Source: an uncultured Gemmataceae bacterium
Lineage (GTDB): Bacteria; Planctomycetota; Planctomycetia; Gemmatales; Gemmataceae
Assembly (NCBI GenBank): GCA_963750165.1
Contig: CAVVPN010000012.1
Coordinates: forward strand, 96,001-160,000
DNA: 64,000 nt
Direction of reading: 5' to 3'
Made by a program: the position numbers and the translations under genes
In this document: piece by piece, positions 11,475 through 22,700 of the stretch
Position numbering within the stretch: the stretch's first letter is position 1
How the letters are laid out: each line of letters begins with the position of its first letter
The notes under the pieces: generated by a model
Databases searched by the model: none
The model's input: only the letters and a program-made list of their open reading frames with translations
Told to the model about the DNA's origin: nothing

Positions 11475-12059
11475 CTGGGTGTCGGCATTCTCGTCCGCGG
11501 GCGGCTCGCCCGCCGTCAACTCGGCGTAGAGCCAGGTGCGGGTGAACGCCCAGTAGCGTTCCGCGGTGGGCAAGGAAATGTCGAGCGCCTGGGCGACCTC
11601 CGGCATGGTCAGGCCGGCGAAGAAGCGCAACTTGACCACCTCGGCCCGGACGGGGTTGAGGGCCGCGAGCCGGTCCAGGGCATCCGAAAGGTCCAGCAGG
11701 TCCTCGGAGGGAGGCTCCACGAGCGTACAGGCTTCATCGAGGTCGAGGCGTTTGCGGCCGCCGCCGTGCCGGACGCGCCCCTTGCGGCGGGCGGCCTCGA
11801 CGAGGATGCGGCGCATGGCCTCGGCCGCGGCGGCGAAGAAGTGGCGGCGGTTGTCCCAGGCGTCCCGGCGGTCGCCGACGAGCCGCAAGTAGGCTTCATG
11901 CACCAGGGCCGTGGCCTCCAGGGTCTGGCCGGGCGCTTCCTGGGCCAGCCGCTGGGTCGCCAATCGACGCAGCTCGTCGTAGACCAGCGGCAACAGTTCG
12001 GCAGCGGCGTGCTGGTCGCCCTGGGCGCAAGCCTGCAGGAGTTGGGTGGCGTCTCCCAT
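11472..12059 (-). CDS. ECF sigma-70 factor, TIGR02999 / kinase-associated type
   Basis: Motifs LLPLVYDELRRLA, TLEATALVHEAYLRL, FFAAAAEAMRRILV and VVKLRFFAGLT. It lies directly upstream of the kinase. Confidence 0.92.
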   Translation of the reverse strand: MGDATQLLQACAQGDQHAAAELLPLVYDELRRLATQRLAQEAPGQTLEATALVHEAYLRLVGDRRDAWDNRRHFFAAAAEAMRRILVEAARRKGRVRHGGGRKRLDLDEACTLVEPPSEDLLDLSDALDRLAALNPVRAEVVKLRFFAGLTMPEVAQALDISLPTAERYWAFTRTWLYAELTAGEPPADENADTQ

Positions 12060-12067
12060 AAGAGGAA

Positions 12068-12095
12068 ATTATACGGCACAACGGACATCTGACAA
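12068..12095 (-). promoter_or_regulatory. sigma70-like promoter TTGTCA-N16-TATAAT for the ECF gene
   Basis: Perfect -10 hexamer ends 8 nt before ATG 12059, with no Shine-Dalgarno in between. Confidence 0.6.
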
Positions 12096-12137
12096 GAATT
12101 CTAGATGACCGTTTCGTAAGTTCGGTGCCAGTTTCCT

Positions 12138-12195
12138 GTAGCTGAAGTCGTGAGACTTCAGAGTAGGCTGTCTGAAGTCTCACGACTTCAGCTAC
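12138..12195. repeat. GTAG-type REP doublet
   Basis: 25-bp arms GTAGCTGAAGTCGTGAGACTTCAGA / TCTGAAGTCTCACGACTTCAGCTAC. Confidence 0.85.
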
Positions 12196-12232
12196 GAAGC
12201 ACTGGCGGCGGATTTACGAAACAGTCATCTAG

Positions 12233-13970
12233 CCCGGATTACGCACCGAGGATTTGTGAAAAGAGCCTGCCACAGTAGTTAAGTGTTGTGATGACCGGCA
12301 CTTAACCATCTGTGGAGGCTCAAGATCATGGCTCCCGAAGTTACCGACCACCTTACCCTGTGGAACCTTGGCTCGCAACAACTCCTTATCGATTTCCAGG
12401 GCGGCCGCCTCGTCGCCGATGCCGGCCTGCTCGCCGTCCGCGCCCTGGAACGCCCCCTGCGCGTCATCGCTGACCTCGCACCCCAACTGCCCGACCCGCG
12501 TTCCCCCAAGTTCATCCGCCACTCCGTCGAGGCGCTGCTCACCCAGGAGGTCTACGCCCTGCTCGCCGGCTACCCCGACCACAACGACCACGACGACCTC
12601 CGCGCCGACCCCCTCTTCCAGATCCGCGCCGACGTCAGTCCCGACGCCGAGCAACCCCTCGCCTCGGGTAGCACGCTGGCGCGCTTCGCTTACGCCTTCA
12701 GCCGCCGCGATGCCGAACTGCCCCCCGAAGAACGGCCCGTCCTCCAGGAGGTCCGTGCCGCCCAGACCCAGCGCCTGAAGATCCTCAACCGCTACCTGGT
12801 GGACCTCTTCATCCGCACGCGCGGCCAGGCGCCGGCCGAGGTGATCCGCGACGCCGATGCCAGCGACGATCCCACCCCTGGTGCGCAGGCCCTCAGCGGC
12901 TACCACGGCTACTACCGGCAGCATCAGTTCCTGCCCTTGCACGTCTACGAGGGGCACAGCGGCTTCCCCCTGGCCGTCTGGCTACGGCCCGGCGCCATCC
13001 ACGCCAGCCTGGGGGCCGTGGACATCCTCGGGGCGATCGTCGCCGCCCTGCGCGCCGCCTGGCCCGAGGTCCGCATCCTGGTGCGCGCCGACAACGGCCT
13101 GGGAGTGCCCGCCGTCTAGGAGTTCTGCGAAGCCGAGCACCTGGACTACGTCAGCGGTTACGCCAGCAATGCGGTGCTGGAGCGGGCCACGGCGGCAGCG
13201 CTGGCGGATGTGGAGTTGTACTACCAGTTTTATGGCGTGCGCGAGCCGCACGTGCAGCGTTTCGAGGAGGTGCGTGACTACCAGGCGGGCAGTTGGCCGC
13301 ACGCGCGGCGGGTGATCGCCAAGGTGGAGATGAACCCGCACGGCAGTCAGCGGCGCTTCGTGGTCACGAACCGCTCCGAGCCGCCGGCGGAGGTCTACCA
13401 CGGGCTGTACACGCCGCGGGGCCAAGTGCCGGAGCAGCCGATCGGGGAGATGAAGAACGGCCTGCGCTGCGACCGGCTGAGCGCCTGCGGCTTCTGCGCC
13501 AACGCCTTCCGCTTGCTGGTGCATGCCCTGGCTTACGCGGTGGTGGTGCTCTTCCGGGAGGCGGCGGCAGCGGTGCCCGAGGTGGCGACGGCGTCCGTGG
13601 GGACGTTGCGGCAGCGCTTGTGGAAGGCCGGTGCCGTCGTGGTGACGAGCGCGCGGCGGGTGTGGTTGCACGTGTCGGAGACCTGGCCGTACCGGGGGGT
13701 GTGGCTGCGGGTGCAGGCGGCAGTGGCGCGCTATGTGAGTCAGGTGGCTGGGCGGGTGCCAGTCGGTGAAGGGGTGGCCAACTGAGGGTTGGTGGCCTGG
13801 TAGGCGGCCCGCGCGGCCGTCGGCGGGCGCGGTGCGCGCCGGGGGCGGGAAAAAGGGGTTGGCGCAGCTGCAAAAGCCCAGGACAACAGCTGCGCCAACC
13901 CACACAACCGAACGGCCTGTCATTCAAGAGATATTATGCGCCGGTAATGTCGCACGGTGCGTAATCCGGG
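12233..13970 (+). mobile_element. IS1380-family element, copy 2 (complete, 1738 bp)
   Basis: Perfect 16-bp terminal IRs CCCGGATTACGCACCG at 12233-12248 and 13955-13970. Flanks are CTAG (left) and TTAG (right). Confidence 0.92.
12328..13785 (+). pseudogene. IS1380-family transposase with in-frame TAG at 13117-13119
   Basis: Same frame and same stop as copy 1, with only a few substitutions between the copies. Confidence 0.85.
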
Positions 13971-14375
13971 TTAGCTTGGGCCGACCGGCACCGAGCGGAG
14001 AAAGGCGCCTGGCCGATCACCACGAGCGGCAACGTGCCAGGACGGGAGGGGGAAACCTGGCACGCCATCGACCTGGCGCTGCGCGAGGGGCTGCGGGGGT
14101 TGCCCGGCGGTTCTAGCTTGGCCCGGCTCTTGGCACAACGCCGCGGGGTTCGGAACAAACAGGCGCTGCCGCCTCTGATGCCGAGCCTCATCCGCCGGTG
14201 GGCACGGCTGCACAGGCAGCGTACCGGCAAGCGGCCGGCGCAGAACAGCGGCCCCGTGATGGATGCCCCTGGTGAAACCTGGAAGGGGATTGACCAGGCA
14301 CTCCGTGTGGGGCTGCAGGGGCTGCCGGGCGGGTCGAGCCTGAGTCAACTGCTCGGCGGGCAGGGGGCGAAGTGA
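13971..14375 (+). pseudogene. 5'-truncated repeat protein (W..ID.AL..GL.GLPGGSSL..LL units)
   Basis: The frame is open from the IS boundary (LAWADRHR...). It holds two ~73-aa repeats, GETWHAIDLALREGLRGLPGGSSLARLL and GETWKGIDQALRVGLQGLPGGSSLSQLL. Confidence 0.7.
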
Positions 14376-14470
14376 CGACCGCATCTGGGCAGCCTGTGCC
14401 CCGGAGTGCGGTTGGGTGTGGCGGTGCGCGCCGAGGAGGTGTTAACGTGCTCCGGCGTGTCAGTCCTCCG

Positions 14471-14596
14471 CGCGCTGGGCACTTCGGCTTGCGCGCGCAT
14501 GTCGATCACACCGCTGCAGATTCGCGCGACCCCCTTACGCGTGGCGCCGGTCCGGTCCGACGCGCTGGGCACTTCGGCTCGCGCACGTATGTCGAT
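14471..14596. repeat. Two 36-bp direct repeats, 90-bp period
   Basis: CGCGCTGGGCACTTCGGCTYGCGCRCGYATGTCGAT at 14471-14506 and 14561-14596 (33/36 identical). Confidence 0.75.
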
Positions 14597-14919
14597 GGGG
14601 CCGGAGCGCGGCATTTCTGGCACAAGAACGTATCGAGAGACGGTCAACACTCGCCCACCCGGCAGCCAACTGCCGCCCAGATGACCGGCCCTCCGCTGGG
14701 TACGGAGTCAGTCCGTGTCCGGCCTACCGTCGGGTGGAGTCACCGCCAAACGGGTTAGCCGCGGCGACGGCATCCGGCCAGGCGCCGCCCGCGTCCCACA
14801 GCGACCACGAGCTCTCGGGAAGAAGGCCGACGGCGCCGCCGTACCGCCGCCAGAACTCGTCGGGATCGCCGCCCGGCTGCCGGCTCGACAGGTCGCTGGC
14901 GACGGGGGTGACGGTGACG

Positions 14920-15054
14920 GGCCAACCGATGCCGTCGCTCAAGGGACACCAGGGCGAAACCCTGTGCGTGGCGGCCGGCCGGAATGGTAACCGGCTGGTG
15001 AGCGGGAGCAAGGACGGCAGCCTGAAGCTCTGGAGCACGGAAGCGGGTGAGTAG
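14920..15054 (+). pseudogene. Isolated WD40-repeat remnant
   Basis: LKGHQGETLCVAAGRNGNRLVSGSKDGSLKLWS is one canonical WD40 repeat followed by a stop. Confidence 0.65.
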
Positions 15055-15181
15055 CCCGGATTCTCAAAAAATTCCCAGGGGATTTAGCGGCGGCCGTCGC
15101 ATGTAGAGGTAGGAAGGACGCGCCATGGTCTGCTTCGCCGTTCGTCGCGGGCACCGCGGCCTTCACCCGGGAGACGCCATC

Positions 15182-15899
15182 ATGAACCGCACGGTCCCGT
15201 TGCAACGTCCCCGTCCCCGCCGTGTGCCGGCCGACGCCGTGCTGGCCGCCGGCTTGTGTTAGCTGGCCCTTCGTCCGGTCCCGCCGCCGGCCAGCCCGCC
15301 CCGCCGAAAAAGGCGCCAGCCGGCGTGCACTACCACGAAAACCTCACCTTCGCTGAACCGGACGGCGCCAAGCTGCAGCTGGGCGTGGTCGCGCTGGCCG
15401 CCGGTGTGGGGCCGTTCCCGTGCGTGGTCATCGTCCACGGCGGCTGGTTGTACGGCACGGCAGTCGGCTCATGAACCGGGACCTGGTCGAAGCGCTCGCC
15501 CGGCGCGGCACACGGCGGCGCTTGTCAGCTACCGGTTCGCCCCGAAGAGCCGCTTCCCGGCGCAGGTCGAAGACGTGCGCGCCACCGTCCGCTGGCTGCG
15601 CGTCCGCGCCGACAAGTACCAGATCGACGCGGGTCGCATCGGCTTTCTCGGCTTCTCCGCGGGTGGCCACCTGGCCTGCATGCCGGGCACGAACAATTCC
15701 CCCAAGGACGGCAGTCACGCCCGCTACGTCGTCAGCTACTGCGCCTGCAGCCACCTGGCGTATTTGGCTGAAGGCCGCGGGCGCGACCGTCCGCCTGCTG
15801 GCCGTGCACGACGCCCGGCACGCCTTCGGCCGCCACCGCGCCGAACTGACCAACGGAGCCGCCGTCGCGTTCCTGGCCCTGCACCTCAAAGACAAGTAA
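15182..15899 (+). pseudogene. Degraded alpha/beta hydrolase (esterase/lipase, BD-FAE-like)
   Basis: Fragments lie in different frames: VVIVHGGW, SYRFAPKSRFPAQVEDVRATVRWLR, RIGFLGFSAGGHLA and a C-terminal HAF. The middle part is missing. Confidence 0.7.
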
Positions 15900-15921
15900 T
15901 TAGGCCGGGCGGCGCCCGGGG

Positions 15922-16608
15922 TCACCCGGCGGCAATCGCCAGCTGCCCCTGCTTGCGAGACCAGCGGCGGCGCAGCACCACGCCAGCACCGAGGCCCGCC
16001 GCGAGCAGGCTGCCCAGCAGCAGCGTGTCCGGCTCGGGCACGGCGCTGGTGGTGGTGATGGTCGCGCTGGAGTTGGCGATCATGCTGTCCAGCACCGTGT
16101 GGTCGCCCAGCACGTTGTTGTCGAATCCCGAGTGCGCCTCCGCCGTCAGCGTCAGCGTCGAGCCCGCCGACACCCCGGTGAAGGTGAACGTTCCCAGCAG
16201 CACCGCCCCCGCGGTCGTGCCGGTCGTCGGCGCGAACACCGACGCGCTGAACACCTGCTGCTCGCTCAGGCTGGCCGTGCCCATCGGGTCTGGCTGGATC
16301 ACCACGCTCGTCTGGGCCGTGTCGAACGCCGAGTTCGGCGTGATCGCCGCCTGGTTCGCCACCGTCGCCACCGTCGGGTCGTAGCTCAGGGCCACGCCGC
16401 CCGCCGACAGCCCGACGGATGTCAGTCCCGTGCTGCCGTTCGTCTGCGCCAGGTAGACCTGGACGTTCACCGTCGCGCCTTGCGCGACCGTGAAACTGTT
16501 TGTGAACGTGCTGGTGTTGGGATCGTAGAACGTGAAGGCGTAGTCGGCGGCGGCACGGCCTGGCAGGAGGGCCAGCACCGCGGCCACGATTGCGGAGCGA
16601 ATGCGCAT
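15922..16608 (-). CDS. PEP-CTERM sorting-signal protein with cohesin-like beta-sandwich
   Basis: Signal peptide MRIRSAIVAAVLALL...AAA and C-terminal VPEP + TM + RRR. The core GATVNVQVYL...LSYDPTV...LLGTFTF resembles cohesin. Confidence 0.8.
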   Translation of the reverse strand: MRIRSAIVAAVLALLPGRAAADYAFTFYDPNTSTFTNSFTVAQGATVNVQVYLAQTNGSTGLTSVGLSAGGVALSYDPTVATVANQAAITPNSAFDTAQTSVVIQPDPMGTASLSEQQVFSASVFAPTTGTTAGAVLLGTFTFTGVSAGSTLTLTAEAHSGFDNNVLGDHTVLDSMIANSSATITTTSAVPEPDTLLLGSLLAAGLGAGVVLRRRWSRKQGQLAIAAG

Positions 16609-16652
16609 CGGAGGTGTCCTCAGAGAGTAATGGCGTATCCTGGTCAAGGAAC

Positions 16653-16681
16653 CCGCCCCGGGACACTAACGCCCGGGGCGG
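16653..16681 (-). terminator. GC stem-loop between the giant gene and the PEP-CTERM gene
   Basis: CCGCCCCGGG-N9-CCCGGGGCGG with no clear U-tract. Confidence 0.4.
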
Positions 16682-16702
16682 AGCTCACGAAGCACGCGCA
16701 GC

Positions 16703-19700
16703 TCACGCGGGCATCTGCGTGAACAGGCGGTTAATCAGCTGGGTCTGCTCAAGCGTGTTGCCCACGTCGATGTTGCCGTCCTCGTTGTAGTCCAGATACC
16801 ACTGGTACGAGTTCAGCGTCGCCGCCGCCCCCGTCGGGTTGGTTACCGCCGTCAGGCCGCTCGTCGGCGCCATGTACGTGAACGTGTTGCCGTTCACCGA
16901 CAGGATCACGAACGAGCCGTTGTACCCCGCCGGCAGACCCACGATATTCACGATCTCGCCCATCAGGAAACCACTCGGCCCGTTGGTCGTGATCGTCACC
17001 GTGTTGTTCGACTCGCTCGCCGCCAGGATCCCCGCCGTCATCCCACTGGTTTCCTGGGTCACGCCGTTCACCGTGCGGAAGTTCGTCGTGTCCACACCAT
17101 CCACCTGCCGCCGCCCCTCCGTGTCGCCGAACAGCCGCCAGAACTCGTCCACCTGGTTGACACCGTTGCCGTTGAGGTTGCCGGTCCCGCTTGTCGTGCT
17201 GCCGCTCATGCCGTTTTTGGCACCGTCCAGCAGCACCGCACTATTGCTGGCGGCGCTGATGTCGGCCACCTTCGTGTTCAGGAAGTAGTTGCCGTCCACC
17301 AGCCCGACCGTCAGCGTGTTGCCGAACTGGTCCAGGTACGGCGTGATGAAGTTGAACGTGTGCGTCGCGTCGGCGTTGAAGGTGACGAACAGTTGCGTCG
17401 CCCCGCTGTCCGGCACCGGGCCGCTGGCCCCCTCCGTGGTCGCCCCGGTGCCCGGGTCGCTGACGTTGATGCTCAGCGGGTTGCCCGACGCATCCTTGAG
17501 CACGAAGTCGCTCGCCAGATCGACGATGTTCACCGGCGTGCTGAACGTCAGCGTCAGCTCCGCCACCTGCGAGTGCTGGTTGGAACTGTCGTCGTTCACC
17601 GCCACCGTCAACTGCGGCGCCCAGTCGTTCGGCCCGCCGATGCTGTTCAGCGGCTGCCCCGCGAACGCCGTGCTGTTCGGGCTCCCCAGGAAGAACATGC
17701 CGCTGCTCGGCGTGCCGGTGACCACGCTGCCCAGCCAGTCGGCGCCGCTGCTGCCGGTGTTCTGGGCGATGCGGCCCACGTAGTTCGCCACCCAGGTGCC
17801 CGTGTTCACCACGTTCGAGCCCGCCAGCGTCGTGCCGGTCGCCCCCGTCGGCTTGAAGGTGATCGCCGCGTACGCGTGGCTGGTGCTGGCGCTGTCCAGG
17901 ATGCCCACCGAGTCCAGCACGTTCCAGCCGTTGTACGCCGATGTCTGGTTGCTCGGGTTGCCAGTGTTGGCCGGATCAATGTTCGTCGTCGTCGTCGGCG
18001 CCGTCGGCGTCTGAATGAGCAGGAAGCTCTCCGCCCCCGTCAGGAGGATGTCGGTGGCCAGCTGGCCGCTCGGCCGGGTGCTGCCGGTATGCACGCCAGT
18101 GACCGTGCCGAACTTGCTCGTGTTACCGCTGCCGAACCCGACCCCCGTACCGCTGTTGTCCAGCTGGTTGCCACCGGCCACCTCGTAACCGCCGCTGCTG
18201 TACTTCTCGCTCTTCTGCAGCAGCGCCAGGTAGCCGTTGCTGCCGGTCGTGAAACCGCTCAGGTTGAAGATGTCGGCCAGCACACCCGCAGCCGGCGTGC
18301 TGCCCGAGACCCCGTTGATGCCCGTCAGGTACACGCCCGTCGGGATGGTGTAGCTGGGCACCGTCGAGAAGACCTCAATGTACTGGCTGGGGTTGGTCGT
18401 GTTGCCCTTGAGCGTGTCGATCTCACTCAGGAACAGGCCGACCACGGTGATGCTCGTGGAGCGGACATCCGTCAGCGAACCGCCGTAGCCGCTGTTGCCG
18501 TTGTCGGTGGTGCTCACCGTCAGCGTCGCCGTGCCGAAGAAACCCGGGCCCGGCGTGTACACCAGGCTGCTGAGCGTGGCCGTGATGTCGCTCGGGCTGC
18601 CGGTGATGACCAGCGGCTGCGTGCCGCCGCCGCTGACCATGGCCTGGCCGCTGGCCGCTGCCGTCAGCGTGCCCACCGGGCCGCTCGAGGTGCCCGCCGG
18701 CGAACCGGTCAGGGTCAGCGTCGTTGTCTCGGGGGAGCCGCTCGCGGTGTAGTCGCTGTCGGTCACGATGATGGCGTCGCCAGTGGCTGCGGAGAAGGCC
18801 ACGGTGTTGGGCGTAACCGTCTGCAGGCCGGCGTGGGCCGCCGGGTTGAACAGCGCCTCCGGGATGACCGCCGGCACCGGCAGGCTGGCGTAGGGCGGCT
18901 GGTTGGGCTGCACCACGATGTTGAGGTTGCCATCCACGCCGGTCACGAACACGGGGTTGCTGCCGGTGCCCTGCGGCGCCGGCGTCAGCGTGATGGCGCC
19001 GTTGTCGTCGTAAACCGCGGTCGTGGTCGTGGTGTTGTTGCTGTCGGTGTAGGACTGCAGGATGTACAGCGGGATGCTACCGCTGGCCGAGCCATTGACC
19101 GCGAAGGTGATCTGCAGCACTGCCCCGACCTGGCCGCCGCTGACCGCCGCCTCGTTGGCGGTGAACTCGCTGGTGCGCAGCACGCCGTTGGTGTTATCCA
19201 CGTTGGTGGTCAGGCTGAAGCCCGTCAGCAGGCTGCCGACGGTGACGTTGGTGACCTGCAGCAGCAGCGGGTTGAACTTGATGGCGTTATCGACGGCGGC
19301 GATGTCGAAGGGGACCGGGCCGTTGCTGAAGTTGATGGGGATGGTAACGGTGCCGCCGGCCGTGGCCGTGGTGTTGGCCGGGAAGCCCTCGGTGCCGCTG
19401 TGGCCGACGACGCTGAAGTAGTTGTCCACGTTGGTGACGAAGGGGCTGACGGTGCTGCCGCTCAGGGGCAGGGTGCTGGGGTTCTGCGGCGCCGGCCCGA
19501 GCGTCAGGGCGCTGGTGGCGTTGTAGACGGCGGTGGTGGTGCTGGTGTTGTTGGCGTCGGTGTAGCTGGCGGCCAGCTTGAGCGGCGAGGGGCCGAGCGG
19601 GGCGCTGCTGTTGACGGTGAAGTCGAGGAGGAGCACATCGCCATCGGTGGGGTTGGGGGCCTGGGCCGGGTTGGCGGTGAACTCGCTGACGCGGATGACG

Positions 19701-22700
19701 CCGTGGACGGCATCCACGTTGGTGGTGACGCTGAAGCCCGGCAGCAGTGAGCCGGCGCGGATGTTGGAGACCGTGAATTTGCTGGGGTCGTACTCGATGA
19801 CCGAGTCGATGGCATCGATCTCGGTGCTGGGATCGGCACCGGAGACGTTGAAGCGTTCCTGAACGGTAACGGTCTGGCCGTCGCCGCCGGTGGCGGCGGC
19901 GAGGTAGAGCCGGGGGTCGGGGCCGAGCGGGCCGGTGATGGTGAAGCCGGTGGGCGGTTGGGGAATGACGCTGGGGAAGGAGCCGACGGCGGCCTTATCG
20001 ACATCGGCGGCGTCGAGGCCGGTGACGCCCAGGGTGCCACTGGCGGTGACGCTGCCGATGATCCAGGGATCGAGATCCTTGAAGACGCTGAAGCCGGTGC
20101 CCTGACCGACGCTGACCCGGTCGATGAGGGAGGCGTCCAGGCCGGTGTAGGTGTGGGAGCCATCGATATCGCCCTGGTAGGCGTTGACGTCGATGGCGTC
20201 ATCGCCCTGGGCCGCGGTGCCGTTGAGGACGACGCTCTGGGTGGCGAGCAGGGCCTTGTCGGTGTAGGGGGCGTTCTGGGGCACGGTGGCGGTGAGGGTG
20301 AGCAGGGTGCCGGTGCCGCCGCTGGGGTTCCAGTGGCCGCCGCCGCTGCCGCCGACGATGGTGAAGGTGATCAGCATGTGGTGGGCGTCGATGCTGGTGA
20401 AGCTGATCGGGTTGAGGACGAGGTTGCCGTTGCTGGCGGCGTCGGTCGAGAGGGTGGCCGCCGTCACGCTGAGGAGGGTCGGGTCATAGGTCAGGGTGAA
20501 GGAGAGGGACTGGACGGCGGAGGTGATGCCGCTCAGGGTGATGGGCAGTCCGGTGCTGGAGTTGGGGATGTTGACGGTCTGGCCGGGCCCGCGGGCGACG
20601 AAAGCGGCGGTGACCACCGGGGTGACGAGCGGGCTGGCGACGGTGAGGGGCTGGCTGTAATTGCTGGCGAGGGTGGCCCCGCCGACGGCCTTGACGGAGT
20701 TGGTGACGGCGACGGTGTAGTTGCCGGGAGCCAGTTCGCCCGCGGTGGCGACGAAGGTGGCGACGTTGGGATGGGTGGCGTCGATGAGCAGCGAGCCCTT
20801 GACGCTGCCGCCCGGGCCGGTCAGGGTGATGTTCGGCGCCACGGCGGTGGCGCCGGGGCTGTAGAACAGCTGGGTGGTGTTGGGATCGACGGGGCCGTCG
20901 AAGACCAGCTGGACGTAGTTGCCCGCGAGAGTCGCCGAGTCTACCTGGAGGGAGCTGACGACGTTCTGGGTGACCGAGAGGGAGGTGCTGGTGGTGAAGT
21001 TCCCCTGGGTGGCGAAGGTGGCGGTGATGGGGTGGCTGCCGACGGCGAAGTTCGAGACGGTGATGATGGCGTTGCCGTTGGCGTCCAGGGTGCCGGTGGC
21101 GCCGGCGATGGGGTTGCCGTTGTCCGACAGGGACACCGTGTCGCCGGCGACCGAGCCGCTGGCGGGGGTGACGTGGACCTGGAACGAGACCGGCTGGATG
21201 GTGCCGCCGAAGTTCAGCGACGGGTTCGGGCCCAGGTCTGTGAGGGTCGTGGTCGTGCCGGTTTGCGCGGAGGCGACCTGCAGCACGAGCACCGGCACTT
21301 CGTTATAGTTGAAGTCGAAGCCGCTGCCGGAACGGAAGCCGGCCTCCCGGTCGAAAATGTCCACCTCGGAACTGCCCGGCGTGCCGAGCACGGCGATACC
21401 GTTGTTGGAAGACGGGTTGGCCAGCCAGTTCTGCGCCAGGCTGGTGATGTCGAAGGAGATTTGCCCCTGCGGATAACCGGTCGCGGTGGCAATCACGCTC
21501 GTCCCGATCGTCGGCGTCTGGTTCGCCGTCGAGTCGTCCCAGCTCGACATGATGTTATACGCATTGTAACTGGTGATGTTCTGACCGTAGAACAGCGGCG
21601 TCAGCACGACCTTGGCCGACGTGATGGTATCGCCCGCCGGGACGGCGCTGCTCAGATTGCCGAACTGGTACATGCCGTAGGCCGTGGCCGATGTGTTGAC
21701 CGGCAAAATCTTGTACGAGCCCGAATCGCTCTGGTTCGTGGTGCCGTCGTAGATGGCGTTGGCGGTGGCGACGACCGGCGTGCCGTTGAACCGCGGATCG
21801 GTGCTCGCGTCGGCCGTGGCGGACGGCACCCCCTGAACAGTCGGGTCCGACCACAGATTGGCGTAACTGTTGGCAATGCGCACTTCATCCTGGAACGCCC
21901 CGGCGGTGTTGTCGCCGGTGCCGAGCTTCGTGATGGTGCCGTAATCAATACCCGTCTGCGTGGAAATCAGCGACCCGTCCGCCGGCGTGGAGCCGAAGCC
22001 GGGATTCAGGTAGGTGTAGACCGTGGTCGGTTGGCCGGGCGTGAAGACCATCTCGGCAACGAGGTGAACCGTCGTGCCCGCGACCGGGTTGTAGCCGACG
22101 CCGTTGGCATAAGTGAGCGTGCCGGCGCCGCCAAACGTGGAGCCGTTGTACGAGCGGCCGCTGGTCGTGTTGCTATCACCGCCCCAGCCGAGCAACAGGC
22201 CGCTGCCGTTATTGCCAATCAGGTAGGTGCCGAAATAGCCGCTGGGTGCGACATCGGGTTGGATCAACACGCTGACCCAGTAAGTCGAGGAACCGTCGGC
22301 ATCGCCAAACTGAGCGCTGGTCGCCAGCGGGGCCGCCGAGCCGTTCTGGCCGCTGCGGTCGAACATCGTGTTCCCGAGCGGCGTCACCGACGCCGGCGGG
22401 TTCGCCTCCGGGTACGACAGGCTGCCGGCAACGACCTGATCGTCTTGCTGGCCGAGGTTGATGTAGGAGCCGGACAGGCCGAGGTTGGAGCCGTTGAGCC
22501 CTTCGCCGATGAGCGACATGCCGGTGCCGCGTCCGCCCTGTGTGTCGGGCGCAACATAGTAGTTGAAGGGCTCATAGACCATCAGCCCTGGCTGCGGGCT
22601 GCTGACGACCTGCGTGACCGTCATGGAGGGGCTGCCGGCGTAATCGGTGGAGCCGCTATAGATGGCGGTGAGCGGGTGGTTGCCGACGCTCAGGGTCGAG

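Noticed and set aside
14471..14596. Possible CRISPR array
   Set aside because: Only two units with a long 54-bp spacer, no AT-rich leader, and no cas genes in the window.
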